From a virus (Duplodnaviria > Caudoviricetes), in the IMG/VR virus record IMGVR_UViG_3300014039_000017, positions 82,799 to 146,798 of that record: a stretch of DNA of 64,000 nt. One strand, given 5' to 3'. Of the stretch, positions 24,820-34,883 are shown one piece after another. Under the pieces are notes generated by a model. The model was not told the DNA's origin and made no database searches. It worked only from the letters and a program-made list of their open reading frames with translations. Position numbers and translations under genes: made by a program. Within the stretch, counting starts at the first letter, position 1, and every line of letters starts with the position of its first letter.

Positions 24820-25413
24820 TTAGAGAAGTTCAAAAATATCTTTGAACATATCTGAAATTTCTGAGTTTTTATCTTCCCAGCGATTCATAAGCATCTCTAC
24901 AAGATCTTTATCAGTAACTCCACTGTGATATTTTCCACTAACTCCCTTATAAGCAAATTTAATAGTAGTTCTATCTACAACTTCTCCGTCCCATTTAATT
25001 GGAATTGAATAAAGATTTCTAGATTCTTTAATAATAGTATCATCAAGAATTGGCTTAGGGGCCCTATCGTCAGGAATATTCTCCATTGGTTCTGTCTGCG
25101 ATTTAGTCATATCTACACCATCTTTAATATCACAAACAACGTTACCGTTTTCAGTATACTTAAATGTAATGCCCTTAATCTGCTCGTCTGTAAAACCGCA
25201 CTTCTTAAGAAGATTAAGACAATCAAATTCCTGTTTCTTACGCTCAGGGGTAACACATACTTTAATACCTACAAAATCATTATTTTCATCAAACTCAAGA
25301 TTAAAACCCTTGATATTATCCATCTTAATCTTCAAATCATTTACAACGCTATTAATAAAATTAACAGGAATATCTCCTGCCATAGCCTCATTAAGTGTAA
25401 TAAATTTATTCAT
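24820..25413 (-). CDS. Hypothetical protein
   Basis: Likely start MNKF. Confidence 0.7.
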   Translation of the reverse strand: MNKFITLNEAMAGDIPVNFINSVVNDLKIKMDNIKGFNLEFDENNDFVGIKVCVTPERKKQEFDCLNLLKKCGFTDEQIKGITFKYTENGNVVCDIKDGVDMTKSQTEPMENIPDDRAPKPILDDTIIKESRNLYSIPIKWDGEVVDRTTIKFAYKGVSGKYHSGVTDKDLVEMLMNRWEDKNSEISDMFKDIFELL

Positions 25414-25432
25414 AATTATATATTTTAAGTTA

Positions 25433-25864
25433 TTATCTACCAGTTGAACCAAAACCACCTTCACCACGCTCAGTTTCATCCAGCGTAGTAACTTCGTCCC
25501 ACTCAATGGTTTCAAATTTATTCAAAACAGCCTGTGCAATACGATCTCCAGGATTTATCACAAAGTTATTTTTACCAAAATTAGCTAGAATAACTCCTAC
25601 GTTATTTCTGTATCCAGAATCAATCGTACCTGGTGAATTAAGACAGAATATTGACTCTTTAGCTGCTAATCCGCTTCTAGATCTTACCTGAATTTCATAA
25701 CCGTCTGGAATGGCCATATAAAGTCCTGTTGGTATAACTTGTACTTCGCCAGGTTTTAGTACAATTGGCTCTGAAATATCTGCTTTAAGATCCATTCCCG
25801 CGTCACCAGAATGTTTATATTCCGGCAATCTATGATTTGACTTATTAATTACTTTTACTTTCAT
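25433..25864 (-). CDS. dut: dUTPase (trimeric)
   Basis: AGMDL, RSGLA, GTIDSGYR, RIAQ and RGEGGFGSTG motifs. Confidence 0.96.
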   Translation of the reverse strand: MKVKVINKSNHRLPEYKHSGDAGMDLKADISEPIVLKPGEVQVIPTGLYMAIPDGYEIQVRSRSGLAAKESIFCLNSPGTIDSGYRNNVGVILANFGKNNFVINPGDRIAQAVLNKFETIEWDEVTTLDETERGEGGFGSTGR

Positions 25865-26063
25865 TTTCCTTAATATAAAGATTACAACAACATTTATCAT
25901 TCTCCCTGTAAGATTTACAAGGGCACAATCTATCTTCTCTTGTAAGGCCTGGATTATGACAAGGGCATTCTCCGTCATTAGCCTCACATCGTTTTAAAAT
26001 AGCGTTTACTATTTTATCATTAGGATTAAGAATCCAACCTTCTTTTCTATAAAGTGGAATCAT
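25845..26063 (-). CDS. Ferredoxin-thioredoxin reductase catalytic-subunit-like protein
   Basis: GWILNP...CPC...CPC...CCCNLY pattern (CPC/CPC/CxC). Confidence 0.78.
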   Translation of the reverse strand: MIPLYRKEGWILNPNDKIVNAILKRCEANDGECPCHNPGLTREDRLCPCKSYRENDKCCCNLYIKENESKSN

Positions 26064-26544
26064 TAGACCAAAATTTTGAGGTGGTATCATAAAAGACATT
26101 CGGATTTGCATTCATTTTATGAAGTAGTGCACCTCTTGTGTAAAATCTTTGATTTGTTTTTGGATTGTTCAAAGGACCAAATTGTTCATCATAAGGACCA
26201 AGTTTATAATAATCTAAATATTGTATATCAATATCTGGAGATAAGTCACTATCTCCAGAATACCAACATACTTTTAAATTTTTAAAATTCTTCTTAACAA
26301 ATTTAGCTAATTGAGAAATATATTTTGGATCTTTATCTCCACCCATTAAACATACGCAAGATATACCTGCATTTCTTAAAATCAGGTCATTTAAGACACT
26401 TTCATTAAGCTCTTGACCAACATTACCCCATAGGTATTTTGAGTGGCAAGAAGGACACTTTATAGGGCATTCAGATATATCTATACATAATGATATTTCG
26501 TCTGGGACTTCTCTAAACCCAATTATAGTATCAACGTACTTCAT
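26047..26544 (-). CDS. nrdG: Radical SAM anaerobic RNR activase-like protein (second, divergent type)
   Basis: FREVPDEISL, CPIKCPSC, MGGD, WYSG, KLGPY and TNQRFY motifs. Confidence 0.85.
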   Translation of the reverse strand: MKYVDTIIGFREVPDEISLCIDISECPIKCPSCHSKYLWGNVGQELNESVLNDLILRNAGISCVCLMGGDKDPKYISQLAKFVKKNFKNLKVCWYSGDSDLSPDIDIQYLDYYKLGPYDEQFGPLNNPKTNQRFYTRGALLHKMNANPNVFYDTTSKFWSNDSTL

Positions 26545-26939
26545 TAATAAGAATCGTAAAAATAAACCTCTAAATCTGGGTGTTTATCCCAATATTTTAT
26601 AAGTTGTTTGAGAGCGACAATATAGTTTATATTAGTCTCAATTATTTCATCATAAGACCAAATAGAATCTCCTTCATCCTCCCAAACATCATTATTGCAA
26701 AAATGTAATAGAATTTTAATTATTACTGGAATATCTTCTTTATCAAGCTTAAATTCATACTCTCCATCTTCAAAATGGAATTTCTTCATTATAGCATTTC
26801 TTATACCCCAGCATTTACGCCAATAACAAATTTCGTATTTACAATCACCATGATCAAGTTCTGGCCAACAATCTGGCCCAAGCTCATCATAAAGTTCTTT
26901 ATATTTATTCTTTATGAATATACCATTGTCTAGACCCAT
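26544..26939 (-). CDS. Hypothetical protein (MGLD...YWRK...YDSY phage family)
   Basis: Recognisable motif pattern. Confidence 0.7.
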   Translation of the reverse strand: MGLDNGIFIKNKYKELYDELGPDCWPELDHGDCKYEICYWRKCWGIRNAIMKKFHFEDGEYEFKLDKEDIPVIIKILLHFCNNDVWEDEGDSIWSYDEIIETNINYIVALKQLIKYWDKHPDLEVYFYDSY

Positions 26940-26941
26940 AT

Positions 26942-27142
26942 TTAAACTCCTTCGTAAATAAGTTTATTATTCCTATAATTATAATGATAAATATTATAAT
27001 CATTTATTCTCATCCAAGAACAATTGCTAAGATGAAATTCCTGATTTAAAACAGATTCTATTTCAAAATCTGAATAATTATCTGGAATACCATGTATTTT
27101 ATTAATCGTTCCTGTAGAGTAATCTAATACTATTATATTCAT
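26942..27142 (-). CDS. Hypothetical protein
   Basis: Packed ORF. Confidence 0.6.
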   Translation of the reverse strand: MNIIVLDYSTGTINKIHGIPDNYSDFEIESVLNQEFHLSNCSWMRINDYNIYHYNYRNNKLIYEGV

Positions 27143-27614
27143 ATCCAGTTTTTAAATCAATAATTCTTTGGTTTTTACTACCTCTAAAAGGCAGCGACAA
27201 ATCCTTTTTTGTTAATATAAATTTTCCATCAATAAGAATATCGCAAAAAGATAATATTTCTTTTTTAGTTGTATTTTTGATTAGATTTTCATAAGTATCT
27301 CCTGAATATATCCAAATAGTTTTAGATGGAAATATAGTTTTAATTTCTTTAATTAACTCTAATAACTGTTTTAAATCATTATCAGATTGGTCTAGAGGAT
27401 CCCCTCCAGATAAGGTTAGTCCAGAAATATATGGTTTATTCAACGCATCAAACAGCTCTTTTTTAAATTCATTAATTGGTTTTCCAATTTTATAATCTTG
27501 TAATCATTCGTTATGACATCCAGGACATTTATGCGTACACCCGGAAATTCAAAGGGCTGCTCTAAAACCAATACCATTGTTAATATCTGGATAAGTTATT
27601 CCTACGCTATTCAT
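27102..27614 (-). CDS. nrdG: Anaerobic RNR activating protein (TGA=Trp)
   Basis: DINNGIGFRAAL-W-ISGCTHKCPGCHNE-W; SGGDPL; FRGSKNQR. Confidence 0.92.
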
Positions 27615-30612
27615 TAGTTTTTAATATGCTTTACTCTATCTTCAGTTTCTTTCTGTTTACCATAATTAAATGCAGACTTATAGTCGCCCGTAAGATATCC
27701 TGTCACTCTTCTCAACCGCTGTATGTTTGTTCCGCCGCATTCTGGACAATTTTCTCCAATTTCATCAGTGTAACCACAATTCATACACGTGTCATTAGGA
27801 ACATTTATTGCAAAATATGGAATATCTTTATCCATAGCATAATTAACTAGAGTTTCAAGGGCTGGAATATTATTTTTTGCGGTGCTAGGAAGTTCTACAT
27901 AAGTAATACATCCCGCATTAGAATATCCGGTTAATTGAGACTCTATATCAATTTTTTCAAAAGGATTCATTTCTTTCCAAACTGGAACATGAATAGAATT
28001 TGTAAAATAATCTTTATCTGAAACATTTTCTATTTTTCCATATTTCTGTTGAAATTTCTTCATTGCTGTGTAACAGAGATTTTCTGCCGGGGTAAAATAT
28101 ACACCAAAATTAAGAGAATATTTCTTTTTAAATTCAGCACATCTTGTCTTAAATAAACATTCAATTCTTTTAGCAAGATTCATACCATCTTCTGTTGTGT
28201 GATCTTTTCCAATTAGAAGATAAAGAGTATTAGAAAGTCCAAGTTGTCCAATCGCTAATGTTCCATGTTTCATTGCGGATTCAACAGTTTTACCATCAAA
28301 TCCAGCTATTACATTATTTTCATACATAAATTTAGCTGATTCTATTGGTTGCTTACATATTCAATCATAACGCTCTAAAAGCATATCTTTTGCTTCAGAA
28401 ATCTTTTTATCTAATAAAGTTATAAAATCTTCAACGGGATTTTTTGACTTATTATCAATAACAACTTCTGCAGCAAGTGTTGGAAGTATAATAGTAACAG
28501 GGCAGATATTCCCTCTGCCATCTTTTTGTTGACCAAAACCATTAATATCAAAACCATTATAGGTTCTGCACATGCTATCTGATGTTGCCATCAGCACTGA
28601 CTATATATTCTATCATTTTGATAGCCTTCTGTTTGGAACTAGCGCTTATCTCTAGCTCTACTCGCTTACATTCATCAGCGATAGTCGATACACATTAAAT
28701 ATATTGAAATTCATAATCATAATTATTTGTTGTTTTAGTTCCTTTTAAAATAGCAGTTATTGTTTTTCTATTTAATCCTAATTGTTCTGAACACATTCGA
28801 ATACTCTTAAAAATTAATTCCTTACCGTCTTTTGTAATAACTTTAACTGCATGGCTTCTTTTTCTACTATGGTATAGATTATTATCATATCCGTATTGAG
28901 TATTTTCAGCATTAGAAACTCATTCTAGATTAGAAATATTATTATTTAACTTATTTCCGTCTATATGATTAACTTGTTTTAAACATTTTGGATTAGGAAT
29001 TAATGTTTCTGCTATTAGTCTATGAACTCTAACGTATTTTCTTTTACCGTTAATTCTAAAAACTACTTGATAATAACCAGTATTATCAATTCATTTAGAT
29101 AATTTATGATATTCACCATTAATTATTCGGTAAATATCTTCTCCACTTATATAAACATTTTCAAAAGAAGTTTGTACCATATTTTATAGTCTTAATTGTT
29201 AATATAATACAAAATTACTCCATTTGTGTCGAATTTCAAAATATTCTTTAGCACGGTCTCATCTTTTTCAAGACCTAACCGTTAGCACATTTCTGTACAC
29301 CCTTAAGCAAGGTTAAGAAGGTTTTAAATGGGCTGCATATTCACTAACCCATTGTAGATGTGTAAGTTAGAGGATTTTTAGGATCATACCCTTCGTTTAC
29401 AGTTCAATCTACATTAACATAATTAGGATACAATCGTAACGCGGTAGATTTTAATGCTTTTTGAAAAAGATAATAATTTGGATCCCCAGGAGCCCTGTTA
29501 ATTCCTTTCATGCATTGAAATATAGAACAAGGAAAAATTGGAGTTTTATGAAACTTACCAACTCCTTTAATAGATGCATTTAAAAGTGCATCTATAACAA
29601 GCTGTCCCTCATACAGTGTACACGTACCATAATTAATAGACGTAAATGGTAGTTGATTTCCAGAACGACTTTGAAGAGTATTTAAATTGTGAAATAAGCC
29701 CTCTGCTGCTTGATTAAGCTCTTTAATTGTCATATCAAGAGCGTAGTTATATACTTCTGGGTACTTCTCAGTAAAGCATCTGGAATTAATAGGTAATGTT
29801 TTTAAGTATTCCCAATCAAGTTCGTCTGTCGCTCCGGCAATATAATGATATCCATCACGCCAATGCTTAATAAAACTCTTGCGAACATAAGGAACCATAG
29901 TTCAATCTAGGTGAGTAGCCGCAACTCCTCCAAATTGTTGTAAGCTTTGTAATTGAAATATAACGGCAACAAGCTGAAAAGCGGTATTAATACTATTAGC
30001 TGGACGAACATCTGTTTGTCTTGTATTAAAGCCTTTTGCAAGTAAATCATCAAATGGAATAGACAAGCAATTGTGGTCTCCTATAGCATAAGAATCAAGA
30101 TCATGGATATAAATTTCATTATTTATATGATTGTTTCTAGATGTTTCAGACATATAATCAGATAGAGCTAGTTGTTTTAAAGCAATTCTACTTGCTTCTC
30201 CAACTCTACCACCAAATGACATTTCATCAACATTTGCATTTTGGTTTTCAATATTCTTTGCTTCTAGCTTTTCTTTCATTCTGTTGAGAATAACATAGTC
30301 TCTTTCTCTAATTTTTCTATGCTCTTCTCTATACAAAATATATCTCTTAGCTGCATCATAATACTCATTAACCATCATAATACGTTCTACAACATCTTGA
30401 ATATCTTCTACAGATACTTCTCCATCTTGGTCACTAAACAGATTATTTACACCTGTTTTAAGAGCTTGCACTAGTACAGGACCAATTAGTTTACCTGTGG
30501 TAGTTTCCCATTTATTAGGATCTTGTGAGCCTATTGCTTTACCAACTGCAATCTTAATCTTTTCAAAATTAAATTCTTCTTTTTGTCCATTACGCTTCGT
30601 TACTTGCTTCAT
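27614..30612 (-). CDS. nrdD: Class III anaerobic ribonucleotide reductase, 2 exons (30612-29347, 28570-27614), TGA=Trp
   Basis: ATP-cone, IYIHDLD, spliced MG|CRT, TPAENL, CxxC..CxxC and RRVTGYL glycyl-radical loop. Confidence 0.95.
28695..29180 (-). CDS. HNH homing endonuclease (missed by track; TGA=Trp)
   Basis: RVHRLIAETLIPNP...VNHIDGNKLNNNISNLE-W(TGA)-VSNAEN. Confidence 0.9.
29210..29240 (-). promoter_or_regulatory. Bacteroidota-type promoter inside nrdD intron
   Basis: TTTG-N19-TAATTTTG, 30 nt before HNH ATG. Confidence 0.65.
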
Positions 30613-31369
30613 ATTTAATAAAATCAAACAACATACCCACGAGAATTGTTTTCTCGAATCTATTAATTATATCTTTACCTTGTGTTATTTGTGAACATAC
30701 TGAAGAATACATATTATGTAGAGACCCTTCAGTTGACGGTGATACATAATAATTAGAAGTTGGCTTATTAACAACATCGTTATATGCTTTAATAATATCG
30801 TTAGGAGAAAGCTTTACCTTTCCGCCAATATCATTACGTTCATATAAAAGAGACTTGTTAATAAGAGAACCAAGCAACTCATTTAAATGATCCGGAGATA
30901 TAAAATTATTTTTAATGGATTTAATTTTCCTCCCAAATCCATTTTCTTTTGACATCAAATTCTTAAAATCAAATTCAAACTTTATCTCTGGTTTAAGTTC
31001 CTTGGTTTCAATCCATGTTGGCTCAAATACAACTAAATTATTAGTTTTAGAACTTTTATATGCTCTATAATATTTACATACTGGAGTTTTAGTATCTAAA
31101 GCATAAATTAATCCATATACTTCTTTATATTCTTCTATAGAGTCTTTATCTGGCATTATAGCCTGAATTCAGACTCTATTATATGTTAAATCCTTTTCAG
31201 TTATATTACCAGTTATTTGGTCTGGTAATTGTACATTTATTTCAAAATCTACCGCTATAGGTTTAAAGAAATTAAGAAAATCTTCTACATAGTCTTTTGT
31301 AGATAAATATTGATTTTCTTTAATTATTGTTGGTTTACCAAGCAATAAAGCATCAATAGTAGTTTGCAT
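30590..31369 (-). CDS. Hypothetical protein (TGA=Trp joins two track ORFs)
   Basis: Same frame, single TGA at 31169. Confidence 0.7.
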
Positions 31370-31680
31370 TAATATCTAGCAACTTTTCTAATTATATTAA
31401 TATCTGGATTTATTCTATCTATTCAATATTGTTCTCTAGCACAAACATCATCTCTTGTAACATATTCAATTACTTCAATTTTGATTGTATTTAACGATGA
31501 AAATCAATTTTGCATAATAGAATTATAATGTTTTCCGTGAATTAATAATCTTATATGTTCTTGAATTCTAACTTTAGCACACCGTTTTGTACTTCCTATA
31601 TATTGGTGCGTTCCTATAGTTATCTTATATATAACAGGAAAAAGCAAATCAAGTATATTAAAATTATATTCTATACTCAT
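31369..31680 (-). CDS. Free-standing minimal GIY-YIG nuclease (TGA=Trp)
   Basis: VIYKI...QYIGST...R..EH...REQY-W-ID..NP..N. Confidence 0.78.
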
Positions 31681-31685
31681 AGAGA

Positions 31686-31723
31686 TAAAAAATGAGCCAG
31701 AGATTTCACAACCTCTGACTCTC
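31686..31723 (-). terminator. Probable terminator after 31760-32260 gene
   Basis: GAGTCAGAG/CTCTGGCTC stem followed by ATTTTT. Confidence 0.6.
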
Positions 31724-31759
31724 AAACGTCTTATTAAAAATTCTATTATGAAAAGAAAA

Positions 31760-32260
31760 CTAGTTTCCAAAAACAATATATGTACCAAGCTTAGTTTTAG
31801 CTGAAGGTACATATTTCAATGTAAATGCAAGCTCATGATCCTTATCTACACGATAAACATGCTTACATACCATATCTTTCTTAAAATCTTTCATTGCGGC
31901 CTTAGCCTTACGTGTAGCTTCGCCCTTGGTTTCTGCTTCTGCAACAAATTCGCCATCAATAGTTCTAATCTCAAGAACTCTCTTCTTTGAAAGAGGCCCT
32001 TCAACGACATTATTTACATACTCATAAGGTCTTTCACGAGTATCAGCAGAACCAGGCTCCTTTACAACAATACAAGCAACTCCAGTGGTATCTGTAAGCT
32101 TGTTCTTATCAAGCATCTCCTGGGCAAATGTATCAAAATCTGTAGGATTAAGACTCTTAAATGAAAGAGTTACATTCTTTACGACTGTAAGACCATACTG
32201 GCTAACAGCAATTTCCTTAGCCTCATTAAAGCTATAAGCGTTAATTTCAAATTTTCTCAT
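31760..32260 (-). CDS. Hypothetical protein with own promoter and terminator
   Basis: 166-aa ORF flanked by promoter and hairpin. Confidence 0.75.
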   Translation of the reverse strand: MRKFEINAYSFNEAKEIAVSQYGLTVVKNVTLSFKSLNPTDFDTFAQEMLDKNKLTDTTGVACIVVKEPGSADTRERPYEYVNNVVEGPLSKKRVLEIRTIDGEFVAEAETKGEATRKAKAAMKDFKKDMVCKHVYRVDKDHELAFTLKYVPSAKTKLGTYIVFGN

Positions 32261-32299
32261 ATTACATTATCATTTTTAATTAAACATATTATCTCTTGT

Positions 32300-32343
32300 T
32301 ATTTGTATATACAAATATAAGATATTTTTATATAATTTACAAA
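32300..32343 (-). promoter_or_regulatory. Bacteroidota-type promoter overlapped by 18-bp palindrome
   Basis: TTTG-N20-TATATTTG; TATTTGTATATACAAATA at 32300-32317. Confidence 0.7.
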
Positions 32344-33087
32344 TTAATTTTTAAAAGAATCTAATTTTTTAGATACTATATTAGTTATTTCTTCTAAAGA
32401 CATATTTGTATTTACTTCAATATTAATATTGAATACTTTTGGTTCTTGATTAATTTTAGATTTATCAAATGAAACAATATCAAGATTTTTATTTTTGTTA
32501 GACAAATATTGTTTAACCTCTTCTTCTGTAGACCACTTTTTATTTCCAATAGAAACCCCGTCTTTGGCTAGTGTTAATTTATGATCCTTTAAAAGAAATG
32601 TATTAGCACTTACAGTTTCTCTAGCCGGTATGAGACTTGTTGTATTATAATCCCAATAATACAGATCAATATAGTAATTCCATCCATACATGCCCATTTT
32701 TCCATACGAGTATCCTGTATTTATAATTTCATATTTAGTGATATCGTCTAAACATGTACATTTAGAATTATTGGACGCATCGTAACTAGTAATATAAACA
32801 GGTCGATACGTATAATTCCCCATTGTTATCTCGGTCTCTTTATTTGAATTGAGCACTAACTCCCCTTTACCATCGAAAATCGTATTCTTTAAAGGGGTTT
32901 CGAATCTAGCGCATATTTTAGCCATATTAGTATCAATTAATTTTATATAAGATTTAATAATTTTAATGGCTAAAATTTGATTATTATATATAGTATAGAA
33001 TATGTCTCCAGTATTAAAGACCGGAGCCCAAATTGGAGAATTTCTCCAATTTTTACCACTTAAATTATATATAGTCATATTATACAA
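32344..33087 (-). CDS. Hypothetical protein
   Basis: 247-aa intact ORF. Confidence 0.7.
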   Translation of the reverse strand: MYNMTIYNLSGKNWRNSPIWAPVFNTGDIFYTIYNNQILAIKIIKSYIKLIDTNMAKICARFETPLKNTIFDGKGELVLNSNKETEITMGNYTYRPVYITSYDASNNSKCTCLDDITKYEIINTGYSYGKMGMYGWNYYIDLYYWDYNTTSLIPARETVSANTFLLKDHKLTLAKDGVSIGNKKWSTEEEVKQYLSNKNKNLDIVSFDKSKINQEPKVFNINIEVNTNMSLEEITNIVSKKLDSFKN

Positions 33088-34123
33088 ATTCTACTATTTC
33101 ATCATATCCAAAGATTTCATAATAAGCAACTCTTTTAAGGAGCTCTTCATATAATTTCTTTCCTCTCTTATATAATTCGTTATTCATATTGCAACACTTA
33201 CTGTTATATGGATAATTATTTTTGACCGCCAAAAAATTAATTTCAGTAGTCCAATTATCATTAAATCCATACTGTTGCATACAATATAATTTAAGAACAT
33301 CCATATAAAGAGCTCCCTGGCAATCGTACCTAAAAGAGTGAAAATGTCCTGTTTTTGGATGCATAAAATAATCGGGGTTATCTCTCGTAGTCTTCAAATC
33401 ATTTAAAACAAGACGTTTGTTATCTACGTCAATAGTCCAATTATCTATCTTCATCTTATAGTGAAGTATTTTTGCTTTATCTTTATATACAACGCAAAAA
33501 TCTATAAACATAGCATCTTCATTATACGAAGGGAGTTTTTCACCAAATACATCTTCTGGATGAAGTTTAGACATAATCTCTCTATTAGATGCCAAAGAAT
33601 TTATACAAGCTTCTGCAATATCATGATCAGAATCACTTAATATAATATTGCCATCACTCAAATCAATATCTTTAGCTTTAAGATAGTATCCTAAACCCTT
33701 CTTTATAATACTTTTTATTATAGAATTAGTTAGCCTTCCAGAATAATAATCAGCTGATGCACTAGCTTTAGTTATAGAATCTAGTATAGAAAAACCTTGT
33801 TTCCTATATTTAATTATATAATCAAGACATAAACCTAATTTAGCAGAAGGTTTACCCATTTTAGGTAAAAACTCAAACTCATCTTTTTGAAGGGTTTGTA
33901 GATGAACTACAGATCCAATTGCTAATGACTGAGTAGAAAAATGCGGAGGATTTTTATACTGTTCTGGACTTCCGCCTCTTATAGGATCAATATTTTTTAA
34001 CCTAGAATTAGATACATAGTTGGCGTATTTTTTACTAAAATACTCCTCATCACTCATATCAACTCTTTTTAAACTATCTAAGATAGGAATTATCTTAAAA
34101 TCTTTGAATTTAATTTGTTTCAT
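33080..34123 (-). CDS. PD-(D/E)xK exonuclease (RecE/ExoVIII-like)
   Basis: SNSRL, IGSVVH, KMKIDN...NDLKTT and Y..QGALY motifs. Confidence 0.8.
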   Translation of the reverse strand: MKQIKFKDFKIIPILDSLKRVDMSDEEYFSKKYANYVSNSRLKNIDPIRGGSPEQYKNPPHFSTQSLAIGSVVHLQTLQKDEFEFLPKMGKPSAKLGLCLDYIIKYRKQGFSILDSITKASASADYYSGRLTNSIIKSIIKKGLGYYLKAKDIDLSDGNIILSDSDHDIAEACINSLASNREIMSKLHPEDVFGEKLPSYNEDAMFIDFCVVYKDKAKILHYKMKIDNWTIDVDNKRLVLNDLKTTRDNPDYFMHPKTGHFHSFRYDCQGALYMDVLKLYCMQQYGFNDNWTTEINFLAVKNNYPYNSKCCNMNNELYKRGKKLYEELLKRVAYYEIFGYDEIVEFV

Positions 34124-34882
34124 TTAAATATTTAAATTTAAATTATATATTCTTCTATGCTGAGGGACATTAAACCATTTATTATGTGGCGAATCCATTA
34201 AATAACAAAATATTCCAGCATTTGTTATTTCTTGATAATTTTGAACTTTATCGTCTATGTGGATTTGACATTTATGTTCTTTTAGAAGATCTACTTTACT
34301 TTCATTATATGGAACGCAATAGACCGGAGCACAAGGAAACCCATTCTTTTCTAAGCATTCTTTAGTCCACTCAACAGGAATACTTCTGCTTGTAATATAA
34401 CAAGTAGGGTTAAATGTGGGAAGATTTTTAACAGGAAGATTTACCCAAAATTCCTTATCGTCCTTAACCTTATCAAGCATTTCTTTCATTTGATAAGAAC
34501 CATCCCAATAATTATTTAGCTTTACACCAAATTTAGATTCAAAACTTGGAATAAAATCCAAGCATACATCATCTACATCTAAAGACACTCTAGGTGTAGA
34601 TATGTTACCAAGAAGCCTATCATCTCCTTGTGGATATATTTTATAATATTCGCAGAGAATCAAGGCTTCTTCGGCAACATGAGCTATTTGTAATAGACCG
34701 TCTTTATCATAGTCATTACCAAGCTCAAATTCAGTTAAATGCTTTTTAAGAGACGATATAACTTCTGCCCAAGAAATACCGTACTTCCATTGATTGATAT
34801 TAAATTTTTCAAGTTTTTTAGTTAATACTTTACTAACTTCTTCTATTCCTTGAGCAGGAATTAAATCGTATCTTGTATCCAT
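34124..34882 (-). CDS. dATP/dGTP diphosphohydrolase-like N-domain fused to HAD 5'(3')-deoxyribonucleotidase-like domain
   Basis: RYDLIP...W.YGISW...H.A; LDVDDVC, ITSR and HIDD motifs. Confidence 0.72.
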   Translation of the reverse strand: MDTRYDLIPAQGIEEVSKVLTKKLEKFNINQWKYGISWAEVISSLKKHLTEFELGNDYDKDGLLQIAHVAEEALILCEYYKIYPQGDDRLLGNISTPRVSLDVDDVCLDFIPSFESKFGVKLNNYWDGSYQMKEMLDKVKDDKEFWVNLPVKNLPTFNPTCYITSRSIPVEWTKECLEKNGFPCAPVYCVPYNESKVDLLKEHKCQIHIDDKVQNYQEITNAGIFCYLMDSPHNKWFNVPQHRRIYNLNLNI

Positions 34883-34883
34883 A

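Larger units (their letters stand above)
28571..29346 (-). mobile_element. Group I intron #4 (in nrdD) with HNH homing endonuclease
   Basis: ATGGGT| ... AGCATG|TGC. IGS GCCCATT near 29327-29333. TCGACTA and AATATATAGTC. Confidence 0.92.

Noticed and set aside
34124-34882. Evidence for a modified-base (Z or 7-deazaguanine) genome
   Set aside because: No PurZ, Que/Dpd or similar genes in the window; the hydrolase alone is insufficient.
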